The position numbers and the translations under genes are program-made. Below are positions 20,149-30,248 of a stretch of 64,000 bases of DNA, piece after piece. Every line of letters begins with the position of its first letter. The stretch's first letter is position 1. The notes below the pieces were generated by a model. It was not told the DNA's origin, did not search any database, and saw nothing but the letters and a program-made list of their open reading frames with translations. Source of the stretch: Armatimonadota bacterium (GTDB lineage Bacteria; Armatimonadota; SYMT01); contig JAWLHY010000006.1 in assembly GCA_041690135.1 (NCBI GenBank), positions 237,964 to 301,963 of the forward strand, given 5' to 3'.

Positions 20149-20625
20149 TTATGCGCCGAGTTGCTTCCGGAACGCTTCGAGACTCTCCGCCCGCACCGAT
20201 GCTCGCTGAAGCACCCGCAAACGCTCCGGATCGTTGATGGCCCATACCGCTTCCGCGAGATCCGCAGGCACCTCCCCGTGATCGAAGGTCAGATTCTCCA
20301 GGATAACGTTCTGGAGTGCTCGACGCTCGCCTCTTTGCTCGCCAATTCTCTCACCAACCTCTTGTCCCCGGCGCTCACCGATACGTTCCCAACTCGTAAC
20401 GTAAGGCATCTTTTGTTCCCTTTCCCAGGTTTCCATTTCCGCCCAGAAGCGTTCTTCCAAACTTTCCGGCAAGTTCAGGAGCCAGTCCACCAGGCGAAGC
20501 AACTCGAGTACTTCATCGCGAGAGAAACTACTTCGATACAGTTCCTTTACCAGCTCGATTTTACCGCGTAAACGCTGCGCTGGGGACCTACGAGTCACCT
20601 GAGCACGGCGATGGGCGCGGATCAC
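20149..20625 (-). CDS. Rpn/YhgA-like putative transposase, C-terminal region only (DUF4351-like); possible remnant
   Basis: 158 aa. 'LLRLVDWLLNLPESLEERFWAEMETWEREQKMPYVTSWERIG' resembles the C-terminal half of PD-(D/E)XK Rpn-family proteins, but no nuclease domain is present. The region is visibly less GC-rich than its flanks. Confidence 0.5.
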   Translation of the reverse strand: MIRAHRRAQVTRRSPAQRLRGKIELVKELYRSSFSRDEVLELLRLVDWLLNLPESLEERFWAEMETWEREQKMPYVTSWERIGERRGQEVGERIGEQRGERRALQNVILENLTFDHGEVPADLAEAVWAINDPERLRVLQRASVRAESLEAFRKQLGA

Positions 20626-20698
20626 CGCGGCGATGGGATTCTGGGGGACAACGCTTCCTTCCAGGGATTGTCGTAGTCGGTGGGCTTTAGCATCGGTT

Positions 20699-21307
20699 TT
20701 AGTGGCGAAAGCCTACCAGGCGCTCCAGGAGGGGTCGGGCTTCCTGCAGCGCCCGACCCCGGTGGCTGATGCGGTTCTTAACGGCGGGGTCCAACTCCGC
20801 CATCGTGCAGCCATACTCCGGGACGTAGAAGTGCGGATCGTATCCAAAGCCGCCGTCGCCTCGGGGTTCATCCACGATCAGCCCCTCACAGGACCCTTCC
20901 GAAAGCCACACCCGTCCGTCGGGGGCAGCGATTGCTATGACTGCCCGGTAGCGGGCGGTCCGCCCTTCGGCGGGCACCCCCTCCAGTAATTTGAGCAGCG
21001 CGTGGTTGCGCTCGACTTCGGTGGTGTTTGGGCCCGCAAACCGGTTGGAATGCACTCCGGGCCTGCCGTCGAGCGCATCGACCTCGAGGCCGGAGTCGTC
21101 GGCGATCGCCCACTGTCCGGACCATTCCGCCGCGGCCCGAGCCTTCAACTCGGCGTTCTCCGCGAAAGTCGAACCGGTCTCATCCACCTCGGGCATCGTG
21201 TCGGCGGCGGTGAGCTCCACCTCCAGGTCGGCAAGCAGCGCCCGCAGCTCCCGTACTTTCCCGGCATTCTTGGTAGCCACCACCAGCTGATGAATCCGCT
21301 CGGACAT
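20699..21307 (-). CDS. rdgB: RdgB/HAM1-family non-canonical purine NTP pyrophosphatase
   Basis: 202 aa with 'VVATKNAGKVREL', 'GFGYDP' and 'ISHRGRA' motifs. It lies immediately downstream of rph, which is a conserved gene pairing. Confidence 0.9.
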   Translation of the reverse strand: MSERIHQLVVATKNAGKVRELRALLADLEVELTAADTMPEVDETGSTFAENAELKARAAAEWSGQWAIADDSGLEVDALDGRPGVHSNRFAGPNTTEVERNHALLKLLEGVPAEGRTARYRAVIAIAAPDGRVWLSEGSCEGLIVDEPRGDGGFGYDPHFYVPEYGCTMAELDPAVKNRISHRGRALQEARPLLERLVGFRH

Positions 21308-21310
21308 GAA

Positions 21311-22051
21311 TCAACGCTTTCTCGGCTGGATGAGGTCTTTCAACGCTTCCTGCTGAAGGCCGAACAGGTGCTTCACGCCCTTATCGGCGGCCTGCATCAG
21401 CTGGTCCATCTGGGCGCGGGAGAAAGGGTCTCCTTCGGCGGTCCCCTGGACCTCCACCAGCCGACCATCGCCGGTCATCACGATGTTCATGTCGACTGCG
21501 GCCATCGAGTCTTCGTCGTAGTTGAGATCGATGCAGATCTGCCCAGAGTAAATGCCCACGCTGACGGCTGCCAACTGGTCCAGCAATGGCCAGCCCTTGA
21601 GTTGCCCTGCGGCCCGCATCTTCCCCAGGCACTCGACCAGGGCGACGTAAGCGCCCGTAATCGAGGCGGTCCGAGTTCCCCCATCGGCCTGGATTACATC
21701 GCAGTCGATCCAGATCGTGCGCTCTCCCAGGCCAGTCCGATCCACTACCGAGCGGAGGGAGCGGCCGATCAGGCGCTGGATTTCCACCGTGCGCCCGCTG
21801 GGAGCCTTCCCGACATCACGCGGCGTGCGCTGGCGGTTGGCCCGGGGAATCATCGCGTATTCGGCGGTCACCCACCCCACTCCCTGGCCTTTGAGAAACG
21901 GGGGTACCCGATCTTCGAGGGAGGCGGTACAGATGACCTGGGTCTCCCCCACTTCAATGAGGCAGGAGCCTTCGGCGTATCGGTTGAAACCACGCGTAAT
22001 CTTTACGGGCCGCATCTCGCCGGGGGCGCGACCATCGGGCCGGACGGACAT
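21311..22051 (-). CDS. rph: ribonuclease PH
   Basis: '[44 protein letters not shown]' and '[14 protein letters not shown]' match RNase PH. I chose the ATG at 22051; the ORF track extends to 22192. Confidence 0.92.
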   Translation of the reverse strand: MSVRPDGRAPGEMRPVKITRGFNRYAEGSCLIEVGETQVICTASLEDRVPPFLKGQGVGWVTAEYAMIPRANRQRTPRDVGKAPSGRTVEIQRLIGRSLRSVVDRTGLGERTIWIDCDVIQADGGTRTASITGAYVALVECLGKMRAAGQLKGWPLLDQLAAVSVGIYSGQICIDLNYDEDSMAAVDMNIVMTGDGRLVEVQGTAEGDPFSRAQMDQLMQAADKGVKHLFGLQQEALKDLIQPRKR

Positions 22052-22252
22052 GAGACTGGGTTCCTTTACTACCGTCTTGAGTGTGCACCAAACGGACAGT
22101 CGGTTGGACAGGAGACGGTTCGCGCTTGCGCGGCCCGTCTCCTGTCCCCTGGCGGCATGCGTACGGGCGTACGGGATCCGGCGCGCCGCCACCGAAGCTT
22201 ACGGCACCCATGATACGGTATTAGACGGTGAAGAGGCCGATCTGCGGAGAGA

Positions 22253-23914
22253 GTGGAGAGTTTTGGGATGGACAACCAACCACACGACGGACGACAGCGG
22301 CGCTGGGAACTGACCGGAGCTGGGCTGAACAACCTGGATCTGGTGGAGCGGGAGATCCCGCGGCCGTCCGCGGACGAGTTGCTCGTACGCATCGACGCAT
22401 GCGGCGTTTGTTTCAGCGACATCAAAATCCTGAACCTGGGGCCCAACCATCCGCGTCTCCAGGGCCGCGACCTCTCCGTGGACCCAGTCGTCATGGGCCA
22501 CGAGACGGCCATGACGGTGCTGGAGGTCGGCAGCAAGTGGGCCGACCGTTTTCGGCCAGGCCAGCGGTTCCTGATTCAGGCCGACGTCTACTACCAGGGC
22601 GAGGGGATGGCGTTCGGTTACCGTCTACCGGGTGGCTACAGCCAGTATCAGCTCATCACTCACCCCATTCTGGAAGGCGATGAGGGCTGCTACCTTCTCC
22701 CGGTGTCGGAAGGGGTCAGCCACGCGCAGGCGGCCCTCTGTGAGCCGTGGGCCTGCGTGGAAGCCTCTTACCGCTACCAGCCCCGGATGCAGCCACGCCA
22801 GGGTGGAGACTCGGTTGTCTTCCTCCTCGACACGGAACTGGTCGGCGACATTGCGGCCGAGGTCCGGGCCGCCGGTAACGCCCGCGTGCTCACCCCCGCC
22901 GAGACACCATGGATCCGCGATCCCGCGCGGGCGGCAGAGGGTGTAGAGGCGCTACTGAGCGACCAGCCCGCGGGATTTGACGATGTCTTCCTTTTCGGAA
23001 TGCCAAATCCGGAACTGGCACGCGAGGCCACCCGGCTACTGAAAAATGGCGGAGTGTACGCCATTCAGGGAGAGGGCTCCACCGGCCCTCTCCCGGTGGA
23101 CGTGGGCAGCGTCCACTACCGCGACCACTGGTACACCGGCTCGCCCGCCGGAAATGTCCTGGCCTGGGGCCGGACCACGGAACTCTCGCCCGGCGGGGTG
23201 GCCTGGTTTATCGGCGCCGGCGGGCCGCTTGGGCAGATGCACATCCAACGCGCGCTGGCACTACCGCATCCGCCTTCGAAGATCATCATCTCCCAGCGCG
23301 GAGGCCCGCGCCTGGAAGAACTGCGTCGCCGTTTCGCCGCCACCGCTAGCGAAAGAGGAGTCGAGCTCGTCCTCCTCGATGCAGGAGAGTTGGGCGAGGG
23401 CGTATATGCGGCCGTCCGAGAAGCCTCGGGAGGACGGGGCTGCGACGACGTCGTCGTGATCATTCCCAACGCCGAGGTCGTGGCCCGTGCCTTCGAAGCT
23501 CTCGCTCCCGGCGGCGGCCTGAACATCTTCGCCGGGGTCGCGGTCGGAACCACCGCCGACATCGATCTGGGCCGCGTGGCTTCCGATGGCGTGCGCCTCT
23601 GGGGCACGAGCGGCAGCAAGATCTCCGACCTCCAGAGCATTGTCGATAAGATGGAAACGGGTGGTCTCCCGACGGATCGCGTCGTCGCCGCCGTGGGAGG
23701 CATCGAGGCCGTGAAACAGGGGCTCGAGGCGGTGCGCGACGGCGTGTTTCTCGGCAAGACGCTCATTTATCCTCACTGCAAAAACTTGCCGCTGATCACG
23801 GTCGCCGACCTGGCTGAAAAGCATCCCTCGATTAAGGAACGCATGCTCGAGGGCCACTACTGGACCCCGGAAGCCGAGGCGGAGTTGCTCCGGCTTTACA
23901 GGGCCGCGGACTGA
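22253..23914 (+). CDS. zinc-type medium-chain dehydrogenase/reductase (MDR) family protein, unusually long
   Basis: 553 aa with the GroES-like N-domain motifs 'CGVCFSDIK' and 'GHE'. A Rossmann-like 'FIGAGGPLG' segment follows. The start is uncertain (22253 or 22268). Confidence 0.75.
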   Translation: MESFGMDNQPHDGRQRRWELTGAGLNNLDLVEREIPRPSADELLVRIDACGVCFSDIKILNLGPNHPRLQGRDLSVDPVVMGHETAMTVLEVGSKWADRFRPGQRFLIQADVYYQGEGMAFGYRLPGGYSQYQLITHPILEGDEGCYLLPVSEGVSHAQAALCEPWACVEASYRYQPRMQPRQGGDSVVFLLDTELVGDIAAEVRAAGNARVLTPAETPWIRDPARAAEGVEALLSDQPAGFDDVFLFGMPNPELAREATRLLKNGGVYAIQGEGSTGPLPVDVGSVHYRDHWYTGSPAGNVLAWGRTTELSPGGVAWFIGAGGPLGQMHIQRALALPHPPSKIIISQRGGPRLEELRRRFAATASERGVELVLLDAGELGEGVYAAVREASGGRGCDDVVVIIPNAEVVARAFEALAPGGGLNIFAGVAVGTTADIDLGRVASDGVRLWGTSGSKISDLQSIVDKMETGGLPTDRVVAAVGGIEAVKQGLEAVRDGVFLGKTLIYPHCKNLPLITVADLAEKHPSIKERMLEGHYWTPEAEAELLRLYRAAD

Positions 23915-23933
23915 AGTCGCATAGGAGAACACC

Positions 23934-24722
23934 ATGCCCAGATTGGAGGGACGCGTCGCCCTGGTCACGGGTGCCGGGCAAGGACTGGGAGAGGCATTGG
24001 CGCGCCGCCTCGCCGCCGAAGGGGCTGCGGTCGCCGTCGCGGATGTGAACGGTGACGCCGCGGAAACGGTGGCCGTCTCCCTTCGCGAGAACGGCACCCA
24101 CTCCATTGGGATTTCGGCGAACGTCGCGGACGAAGATCAGGTGGCCTCGATGGTCCGGCGCACCGTCGAGGAGTTGGGTGGACTGGACATCCTGGTGGCC
24201 AACGCGGGCGTACTCCGGGCTCATGACATCCAGGAGTTTCCTCTGGCTGATTGGAAGCTGGTCCTCGACGTGAACCTGACGGGCTACTTCCTCTGCGCCC
24301 GTGAGGCGGCGCGGGTGATGGCCCCCCAGCGCCGCGGGGTCATCATCCAGATCAATTCCAAGAGCGGAAAAAAGGGAAGCTTCCGTAACAGCGCCTACGC
24401 GGCCAGCAAGTTCGGGGGCGTGGGCCTGACCCAGAGCCTCGCGCTCGACCTGGCCCCCTACGGCGTGCGAGTGAACGCCGTATGCCCGGGCAACCTGCTA
24501 GACGGAACCCTGTGGAGCCAGAGCCTCTACGAGCAATATGCGAAGAAGTGGGGCCTCACGCCGGAGGAAGTGCGCAAGAAGTACGAAGACCAGGTCCCGC
24601 TTGGCCGCGGGTGCACCTATGAAGATGTGGGCAACGTGGTCGTCTTCCTGGCCAGCGATGAGAGCAGCTACATGACCGGACAGGCGCTTAACGTGACCGG
24701 AGGCCAGCAACTCAGTCCTTAA
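23934..24722 (+). CDS. short-chain dehydrogenase/reductase (SDR)
   Basis: 262 aa with 'TGAGQGLG' cofactor-binding and 'YAASK' catalytic motifs. Confidence 0.9.
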   Translation: MPRLEGRVALVTGAGQGLGEALARRLAAEGAAVAVADVNGDAAETVAVSLRENGTHSIGISANVADEDQVASMVRRTVEELGGLDILVANAGVLRAHDIQEFPLADWKLVLDVNLTGYFLCAREAARVMAPQRRGVIIQINSKSGKKGSFRNSAYAASKFGGVGLTQSLALDLAPYGVRVNAVCPGNLLDGTLWSQSLYEQYAKKWGLTPEEVRKKYEDQVPLGRGCTYEDVGNVVVFLASDESSYMTGQALNVTGGQQLSP

Positions 24723-24743
24723 GGTCCAGTTTGCCTGATTACT

Positions 24744-26057
24744 TCACAGTAACTGCCGGTACTTTAGCTCCAGGTACCGATTGACGAGGTTCATCGACAA
24801 CTCGTCGGGAGAAGTATCCAGTACGACTGCCCCCAGCTTGTGAAGGCTGTCGAGGATGCGACGGCGCTCGTTGAGCAAATCGATTGCCACGGTGCGCTCG
24901 TACATCTGCTCCGCCATTTCGCTGGGGCGCCGGGAGGTCGCCAGCACCTGCTCGTCCTGGAGCGTTACGCAGAGGGGAAGGTGAACGGGGCGCAGTAGCC
25001 GCAGGTAGGTGACCAGGTCGGCCGAAGTGTCCTCATCGACCAGGTCCGTGAAGAAGACCACCAGCGAGCGCCGCTTGCACCGCTGGGCGATCTGCTCCAG
25101 CGCGCCGCGGTAGTCCACGTGGCAGAGGCGTGCTTCCACCCCGTAGAGCAGTTCCAGGCACTGCTTGAAGTGGCCCGGGCTCTTCCCCAACGGCAGGTAC
25201 GCGTCAACGCTGTCGGAAACGATCATCAGGCCCACGCGGTCCCCCGCCTTGAGCGCCACGTGCGCCAGCATGAGCGCGGCGTTGACTGCATAGTCCAGCT
25301 TGGCCAACTTCCCCACGCGTCCCGCCATCATCCGCCCCGCGTCGAGTACCAGGAACACGTTCTGACTCTTCTCGACTTCGTAGACGCGCGTCATCGGCCG
25401 GTGCCTGCGGGCGGTCGCCTTCCAGTCGATCTGACGGTACTCGTCGTCCGGCGTGTAGTCGCGGATGCGTTCGAACTCCGTCCCCCTGCCGACCATACGA
25501 GAGCGGTGGATGCCGAACTCCCCCAGCCGGCTCCGGCGCGCCATCAACTCATAGCGGGTCACTTCCCGGAGATCCGGATAGATGCGGACCTCTTCCGGCG
25601 CGGAGAGACTTAGCTGCCGCACCGCCAGACCGGGCGCCTGTTCCACCCGGGCATAGAGGTCGCCGAACTGGAACCGCCCCCGCGCACCCGGCGTGACGTA
25701 ATACGTCAGGGTCGCCTCCTCTTTGGCGCCCACGAGCACTTCCGCGGGCAATCCTTCCGCCTCAAAGGCTTGGGGAACGGTATCGGTGACGAGAATCCGG
25801 GCGGGAGCGCGACCGAAATTCCGCACCCGCAGTTCGACCTTTTCCCGCTCGCCCAGCGAAAGACGCGACGGGACCGACCGCGTGATGGTCACCTCTTCGG
25901 GGCGGAGTCCCACCAGATAGGTCCCGGCCAGGAACGCGCAGCAGATGACGAAGTAGGCCAGCGCCAGAGAGAACAGTCCCGGCACAAACGTGCCCAGTGC
26001 TGCCGGCACGAGCCCAAGGGCGATCAGAAATAGGAATTTGCGGCTGGGAATCACCAT
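24744..26057 (-). CDS. DUF58-family (vWA-like) protein, last gene of MoxR operon
   Basis: 437 aa with N-terminal TM helices and an 'IDWKATARR' motif. A vWA-like 'VFLVLDAGRMM' segment is also present. Confidence 0.85.
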   Translation of the reverse strand: MVIPSRKFLFLIALGLVPAALGTFVPGLFSLALAYFVICCAFLAGTYLVGLRPEEVTITRSVPSRLSLGEREKVELRVRNFGRAPARILVTDTVPQAFEAEGLPAEVLVGAKEEATLTYYVTPGARGRFQFGDLYARVEQAPGLAVRQLSLSAPEEVRIYPDLREVTRYELMARRSRLGEFGIHRSRMVGRGTEFERIRDYTPDDEYRQIDWKATARRHRPMTRVYEVEKSQNVFLVLDAGRMMAGRVGKLAKLDYAVNAALMLAHVALKAGDRVGLMIVSDSVDAYLPLGKSPGHFKQCLELLYGVEARLCHVDYRGALEQIAQRCKRRSLVVFFTDLVDEDTSADLVTYLRLLRPVHLPLCVTLQDEQVLATSRRPSEMAEQMYERTVAIDLLNERRRILDSLHKLGAVVLDTSPDELSMNLVNRYLELKYRQLL

Positions 26058-26060
26058 TGG

Positions 26061-27023
26061 TTACCGGGGCACGGGCACTTTCTGCATGACAATCCGCAGC
26101 ACATCATCCGAGGTCAGGCCGTTGGCTTCCGCTTCGGGTTGGAGCACGATGCGGTGGCGGAGGGTGGGGAGCACCATGGATTGGATGTCATCCGGAGTGA
26201 CGAACTCGCGACCGGCAAATGCGGCGGTCGCCTTGGCGGCCATGAGGAGGTGGATGCCGCCCCGGGGGCCGGAACCCACCAGGATCTCGTCCGAGAGACG
26301 CGTGGCGGTGATCAACTCGCGGACGTAGGTCACCAACTCGGAGCGCATTGCCAGCGCCTTGATGACCGTGCGGCAGCGGTCCAGTTCTTCCGGCGTCATC
26401 ACCGGTTGGATTTGCGCATCTTCGACGTTGTGCGGCTCCTCGCCGCGGTTGTACATTTCGAGGATTCGCTCTTCTTCCGCCGCCTCCGGGTAGCCTACGT
26501 GGACTTTCATCATGAAGCGGTCCAGTTGGGCCTCTGGCAGGGGGTAGGTACCCTCGTACTCGATGGGGTTCTGGGTAGCGAACACGGTGAAAAACCGGGT
26601 GAGCTCGTAGGGTGCGCCATCGATGGTGCAGCGTCGCTCCTGCATCGCCTCCAGCAGGGCGGCCTGGGTTTTGGCGGGGCTCCGATTGATCTCGTCCCCC
26701 AGGAGGAGATCCGTAAACACCGGGCCCTTGCGCAGGATGAACTGCCCCTTCTGGAGGTCGAAGATATTCGTCCCGATCACGTCGGAAGGCATCAAGTCCG
26801 GGGTGAACTGGATGCGTCCGAAAGTCAGGCTCATCGAGCGCGCCAGGGCACGGACCATGAGCGTCTTGGCGGTACCGGGCACCCCCTCCAGGAGCACGTG
26901 ACCGCTGCAGTAGACCGCCACCAGCAGCGATCGGATCACCTCTTCCTGGCCGACGACCACCCGGCTCATCTGCTGGAACACCTGGGTCGTTTTCTCGTTA
27001 ACGAAAGTAAGTCCGTCCATCAT
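26061..27023 (-). CDS. MoxR-family AAA+ ATPase
   Basis: Walker A 'GVPGTAKT', Walker B 'LLGDEINR' and the MoxR signature 'FFTVFATQNPIEYEGTYPLPEAQLDRF' are present. The ATGATG start at 27023/27020 overlaps the upstream gene's TGA. Confidence 0.9.
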   Translation of the reverse strand: MMDGLTFVNEKTTQVFQQMSRVVVGQEEVIRSLLVAVYCSGHVLLEGVPGTAKTLMVRALARSMSLTFGRIQFTPDLMPSDVIGTNIFDLQKGQFILRKGPVFTDLLLGDEINRSPAKTQAALLEAMQERRCTIDGAPYELTRFFTVFATQNPIEYEGTYPLPEAQLDRFMMKVHVGYPEAAEEERILEMYNRGEEPHNVEDAQIQPVMTPEELDRCRTVIKALAMRSELVTYVRELITATRLSDEILVGSGPRGGIHLLMAAKATAAFAGREFVTPDDIQSMVLPTLRHRIVLQPEAEANGLTSDDVLRIVMQKVPVPR

Positions 27024-28327
27024 TCTTTCTTGTCCGTGCCAGGGGGATGAAGCGCCTGATCGAGACGCGTCAACTGCTCGCAAAACTCCAGGGCTTCCTT
27101 TTCCGAAAGCCGTTCTCGCGCCAACGCCGCCTCGGTCTGCACCAGCACCATCCGGGCTTCAATCGCGGGCCGTCCCGTGCGTCGCTCATAGCGCCGGCCC
27201 ACCTCTTCCAGGTCCGTCAAGCCGTCCATCCGGAGCGCCCCTGCCAGTCGGCGCCGGAAGTCCAGGAAGATTGTATTCAGTGCGTCGCGGGCTACGCCGG
27301 CGTTCCGGTAGAGTTGCGCCACCGCCCGGACATATTCCGCGCTGTCGCGCTGCCGGTCGGCCACCAGCGGTTCGGGGGCGCCGAAGCGGACTCCCGTACG
27401 CCAGAAGACGAGGCCCAGCAGCAGAAGTCCATACACCAGCACCGGCACGAGCGCCCGGTCACGGAGATAGGCGATTAGCCCGCGCTCCACATCTCGTTTG
27501 TGGAATTCATCAAACCAGATCGTCCCGCCGGATGGCCGCATGGCGGCGAGGTTCAGCACGAAGCGAGAGTTGTCGGCGGCGGTGACCCCCAGATTGCTGG
27601 CGGGATAGGCATCGTTCACGGCGACGTAAAGCCCCCTCCCGCGGACCGCGGTCACCACTTGCGGCACTTTGCGCGGCCCATCCTCCTTCACAAAGAGCGG
27701 CAGCCACTCCTCCGCGGGAATGGGCGGGATGGGAGGCTCCGGCTCGTCGACTTCGAGCATTTTCGCCATGGCATCCTTCTGCCGCCCGAACTTGAACCCA
27801 AACTGGGTTTGGGTCTGCAACTCGCTGAGGCCTTGCGCCAGAAGACTGGGCTGTGTTGGCAATGCCGGCTTCCCGGAAAGGCTCTTCGGCTCATCAACGA
27901 TCAGGCCCAGGCCCGCATAGAGGGGATTGGTAACGGACGACATGACGACCACCACATTCCCCTCTCGGACCCAACGGTCCAGAGCCTCCAGTTCGTGAGG
28001 GAGGATGTCGCCGCGACCGCCCACCTCCTGTCCCCCGCCGAGCACGAACTGGCCGCGGGCGGGAGCGATCAAGATCAGCAGCCCCGGCTCCTTCAGGCGC
28101 GTGAACTCGGAGTTCCAGATACGTGGCGACAGCCCGGCACCCTGGTAGAGCCGGTACGCGATGGCGGCGCCGCGATCGTCGGTGCGGTGGACGGAGTACT
28201 CCGGGTGCCGGGTATCGCGCCGGGTGTCCTGCGTCCAGAGGAGCCACGCGCCGGCGATCAACACTCCCAGCACCGCCATCAACCAGAGGATAATCGCTAC
28301 GGACGAGCGTCGATCAGCCACGCACAC
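27020..28327 (-). CDS. DUF4350-like membrane-anchored protein
   Basis: 435 aa with an N-terminal TM (VAIILWLMAVLGVLIAGAWLL) and a second TM near residue 290. Its position between the DUF4129-like gene and MoxR matches the conserved operon order. Confidence 0.65.
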   Translation of the reverse strand: MCVADRRSSVAIILWLMAVLGVLIAGAWLLWTQDTRRDTRHPEYSVHRTDDRGAAIAYRLYQGAGLSPRIWNSEFTRLKEPGLLILIAPARGQFVLGGGQEVGGRGDILPHELEALDRWVREGNVVVVMSSVTNPLYAGLGLIVDEPKSLSGKPALPTQPSLLAQGLSELQTQTQFGFKFGRQKDAMAKMLEVDEPEPPIPPIPAEEWLPLFVKEDGPRKVPQVVTAVRGRGLYVAVNDAYPASNLGVTAADNSRFVLNLAAMRPSGGTIWFDEFHKRDVERGLIAYLRDRALVPVLVYGLLLLGLVFWRTGVRFGAPEPLVADRQRDSAEYVRAVAQLYRNAGVARDALNTIFLDFRRRLAGALRMDGLTDLEEVGRRYERRTGRPAIEARMVLVQTEAALARERLSEKEALEFCEQLTRLDQALHPPGTDKKE

Positions 28328-30242
28328 CCCCAGAGCCGGTTACGAAAGGAGCTGGGGTTCCGAGCGATCTTACTCCTTCCTCAAAGCGATGGTAGACTTC
28401 CTCGCCGCAGGGACGTTCTCCGTACCACACCTCATCGAAGACCTGGGTCAGTTGACGAAGAGTGCTTCGCTGCTCCGATTCACCGCGGAACTGACGAACG
28501 TAGATCCAGTTGGTCAGGGCGCGGTTGTATTCAATCTTGCGCTCGCGATGCAGGTGGACCAGGGTCGCAAGGTAGAGGGCACGGATCGCCTGGCGTACGT
28601 CCCCCTGTCCCAGCCACTGTTGGGCGAACCTTTCCCACTCGTCCACGGTGTGATCCAGGGCGTTCTCCGTCGTCGAAGCTTCCAGGGGTGGCGCCGCGCC
28701 GGATGCGACAGCCGCTGCGCGGCCTCGGTCGCTCATAGGCCGTTCAATAAGCCAGCGGATCAACATCGCCAGCAGGTAGAGCACGGCCAGAGCCAGAAGG
28801 ATCCAGAACACCGGTTCGAGCTGGCCCAGGTTGGGCAGGGTCCCGTCTGGGGCATCCACTTCCGGCCGGGCGGGTTGAAACAGTTTCTCACGGACCCACT
28901 TCCAGAACCCGGTCCACCAGTTAGCCGGTTGGCGGAAGTTGACGTTCTTGAGCAATTCCCGCAGTTCCGGGCGGTCGGCGAGGGGCTGAAACTCAGGCTG
29001 CTGGAGAATCTGCTTAACTGCCTCCTTCGGGTCGTGACCTCCGGCGCCGACAGTTACGGGGACCCTCTGTTCCGCCTGGGTTCCCCCACTCTCTCCTGAG
29101 GCCACGCCCGCGAGCGAGCGCTCCAACGCTTCCAGCCTTCGAAGCAAGGCATTCTTCTCGGCGGAACTCTCGCCCTCGCCGTTCTCCCACCGCCGGAGTC
29201 CCTCGGAAATCCAGGTGTTGTCCACGGAAAGCTTACGGTCCCCTGGAAGCTCGACGGTGGTGTGTCCGAGACCATCCAGCACCCGGGGATTAACCGAGTC
29301 CGGTCTGGGCGCGGCCTGAATCTGTTTGCGGGCAGCACGCACTTGCTCGACATAGCGGTCCAGCGGCGCGGCAGCGGTCGGCGTGGCAAAGAGCACCAGG
29401 AACACCGTCACCAGACCGGCAGCGGAACGAAGGCGCAGCAGTTGCCCCTGGAGATCGGCCCCTTCCCGCCGGATGCGCAAATCGAGATAGAACAGCGCGT
29501 CGATGGTCGTCTTGATAGGATCCAATAAGACCAGCAGCACCGCGGCAAGAAACAGGGTGTAGGCCTGGTTACCGAGACTCAACCGGGGTCTCAAGCCGCT
29601 CAACTCCAGACCGAGGAAGTCCGCAGCCACTCCCAGACCCAACTGCAAAAGCAGGTGCAGGTTGAGGATGCCCAGCGCCCCCACTCCCACCAGGAGCAGC
29701 CAAAGACCCAGTGAGCGGAGGCGATAGCCCTCCGTCAAACGCCAGCTTCGGCGCAGCGCCGCGACATAGGGACGGCGCTCGTCCAGCAGCACGGGCCGCG
29801 CCACCCACCAGCCCATAACCAGCATCAAACCTGGCGCCAGCAGGCATGTAGCGCCGGCCCACGCCAGCGAGAAGCCGGCGAGACCGACGAACGCGCTGCC
29901 CAGCGCCGCGCGACGGGCTTCTCCCCAGGCGCCACGCAGGTCGACAGGTTCACCCCGGAGCGCCGATAGCGCCAGGCGGGTGACTGCGGCACGGGAAACG
30001 GAGTGGACCGTCCATGCAAGCGTCATCAGTAGCGCCCACCATGCCGTACCCTGATAGAACTCGCGGTTCTCCACCTCTCCCACCAGCCGACCCAGCCACA
30101 AAAAATATCCGATCGTCAACACGGCTACCGGAACCGTTCCGGCGGTAGACGCGGCAAAGAGGGGGAGCCAGTGGCGTCGGACCACCAGCCAGGCCGCATC
30201 CAGGAGTTCCACGGTATTTAAGGGTCGAAGGTCGGTGGCCAT
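28314..30242 (-). CDS. polytopic membrane protein with C-terminal DUF4129-like domain
   Basis: 642 aa with multiple TM helices in the first ~290 aa. The C-terminal 'WLGQGDVRQAIRALYLATLVHLHRERKIEY' is DUF4129-like. It overlaps the next gene by 14 nt. Confidence 0.65.
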   Translation of the reverse strand: MATDLRPLNTVELLDAAWLVVRRHWLPLFAASTAGTVPVAVLTIGYFLWLGRLVGEVENREFYQGTAWWALLMTLAWTVHSVSRAAVTRLALSALRGEPVDLRGAWGEARRAALGSAFVGLAGFSLAWAGATCLLAPGLMLVMGWWVARPVLLDERRPYVAALRRSWRLTEGYRLRSLGLWLLLVGVGALGILNLHLLLQLGLGVAADFLGLELSGLRPRLSLGNQAYTLFLAAVLLVLLDPIKTTIDALFYLDLRIRREGADLQGQLLRLRSAAGLVTVFLVLFATPTAAAPLDRYVEQVRAARKQIQAAPRPDSVNPRVLDGLGHTTVELPGDRKLSVDNTWISEGLRRWENGEGESSAEKNALLRRLEALERSLAGVASGESGGTQAEQRVPVTVGAGGHDPKEAVKQILQQPEFQPLADRPELRELLKNVNFRQPANWWTGFWKWVREKLFQPARPEVDAPDGTLPNLGQLEPVFWILLALAVLYLLAMLIRWLIERPMSDRGRAAAVASGAAPPLEASTTENALDHTVDEWERFAQQWLGQGDVRQAIRALYLATLVHLHRERKIEYNRALTNWIYVRQFRGESEQRSTLRQLTQVFDEVWYGERPCGEEVYHRFEEGVRSLGTPAPFVTGSGGVRG

Positions 30243-30248
30243 TTCGGG

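Noticed and set aside
20149-20625. Intact mobile element, prophage or genomic-island boundary anywhere in the window.
   Set aside because: No integrase, full transposase, terminal inverted repeats around a gene cassette, or tRNA attachment site was found. Only a partial Rpn-like ORF and a toxin-antitoxin pair hint at past horizontal acquisition.
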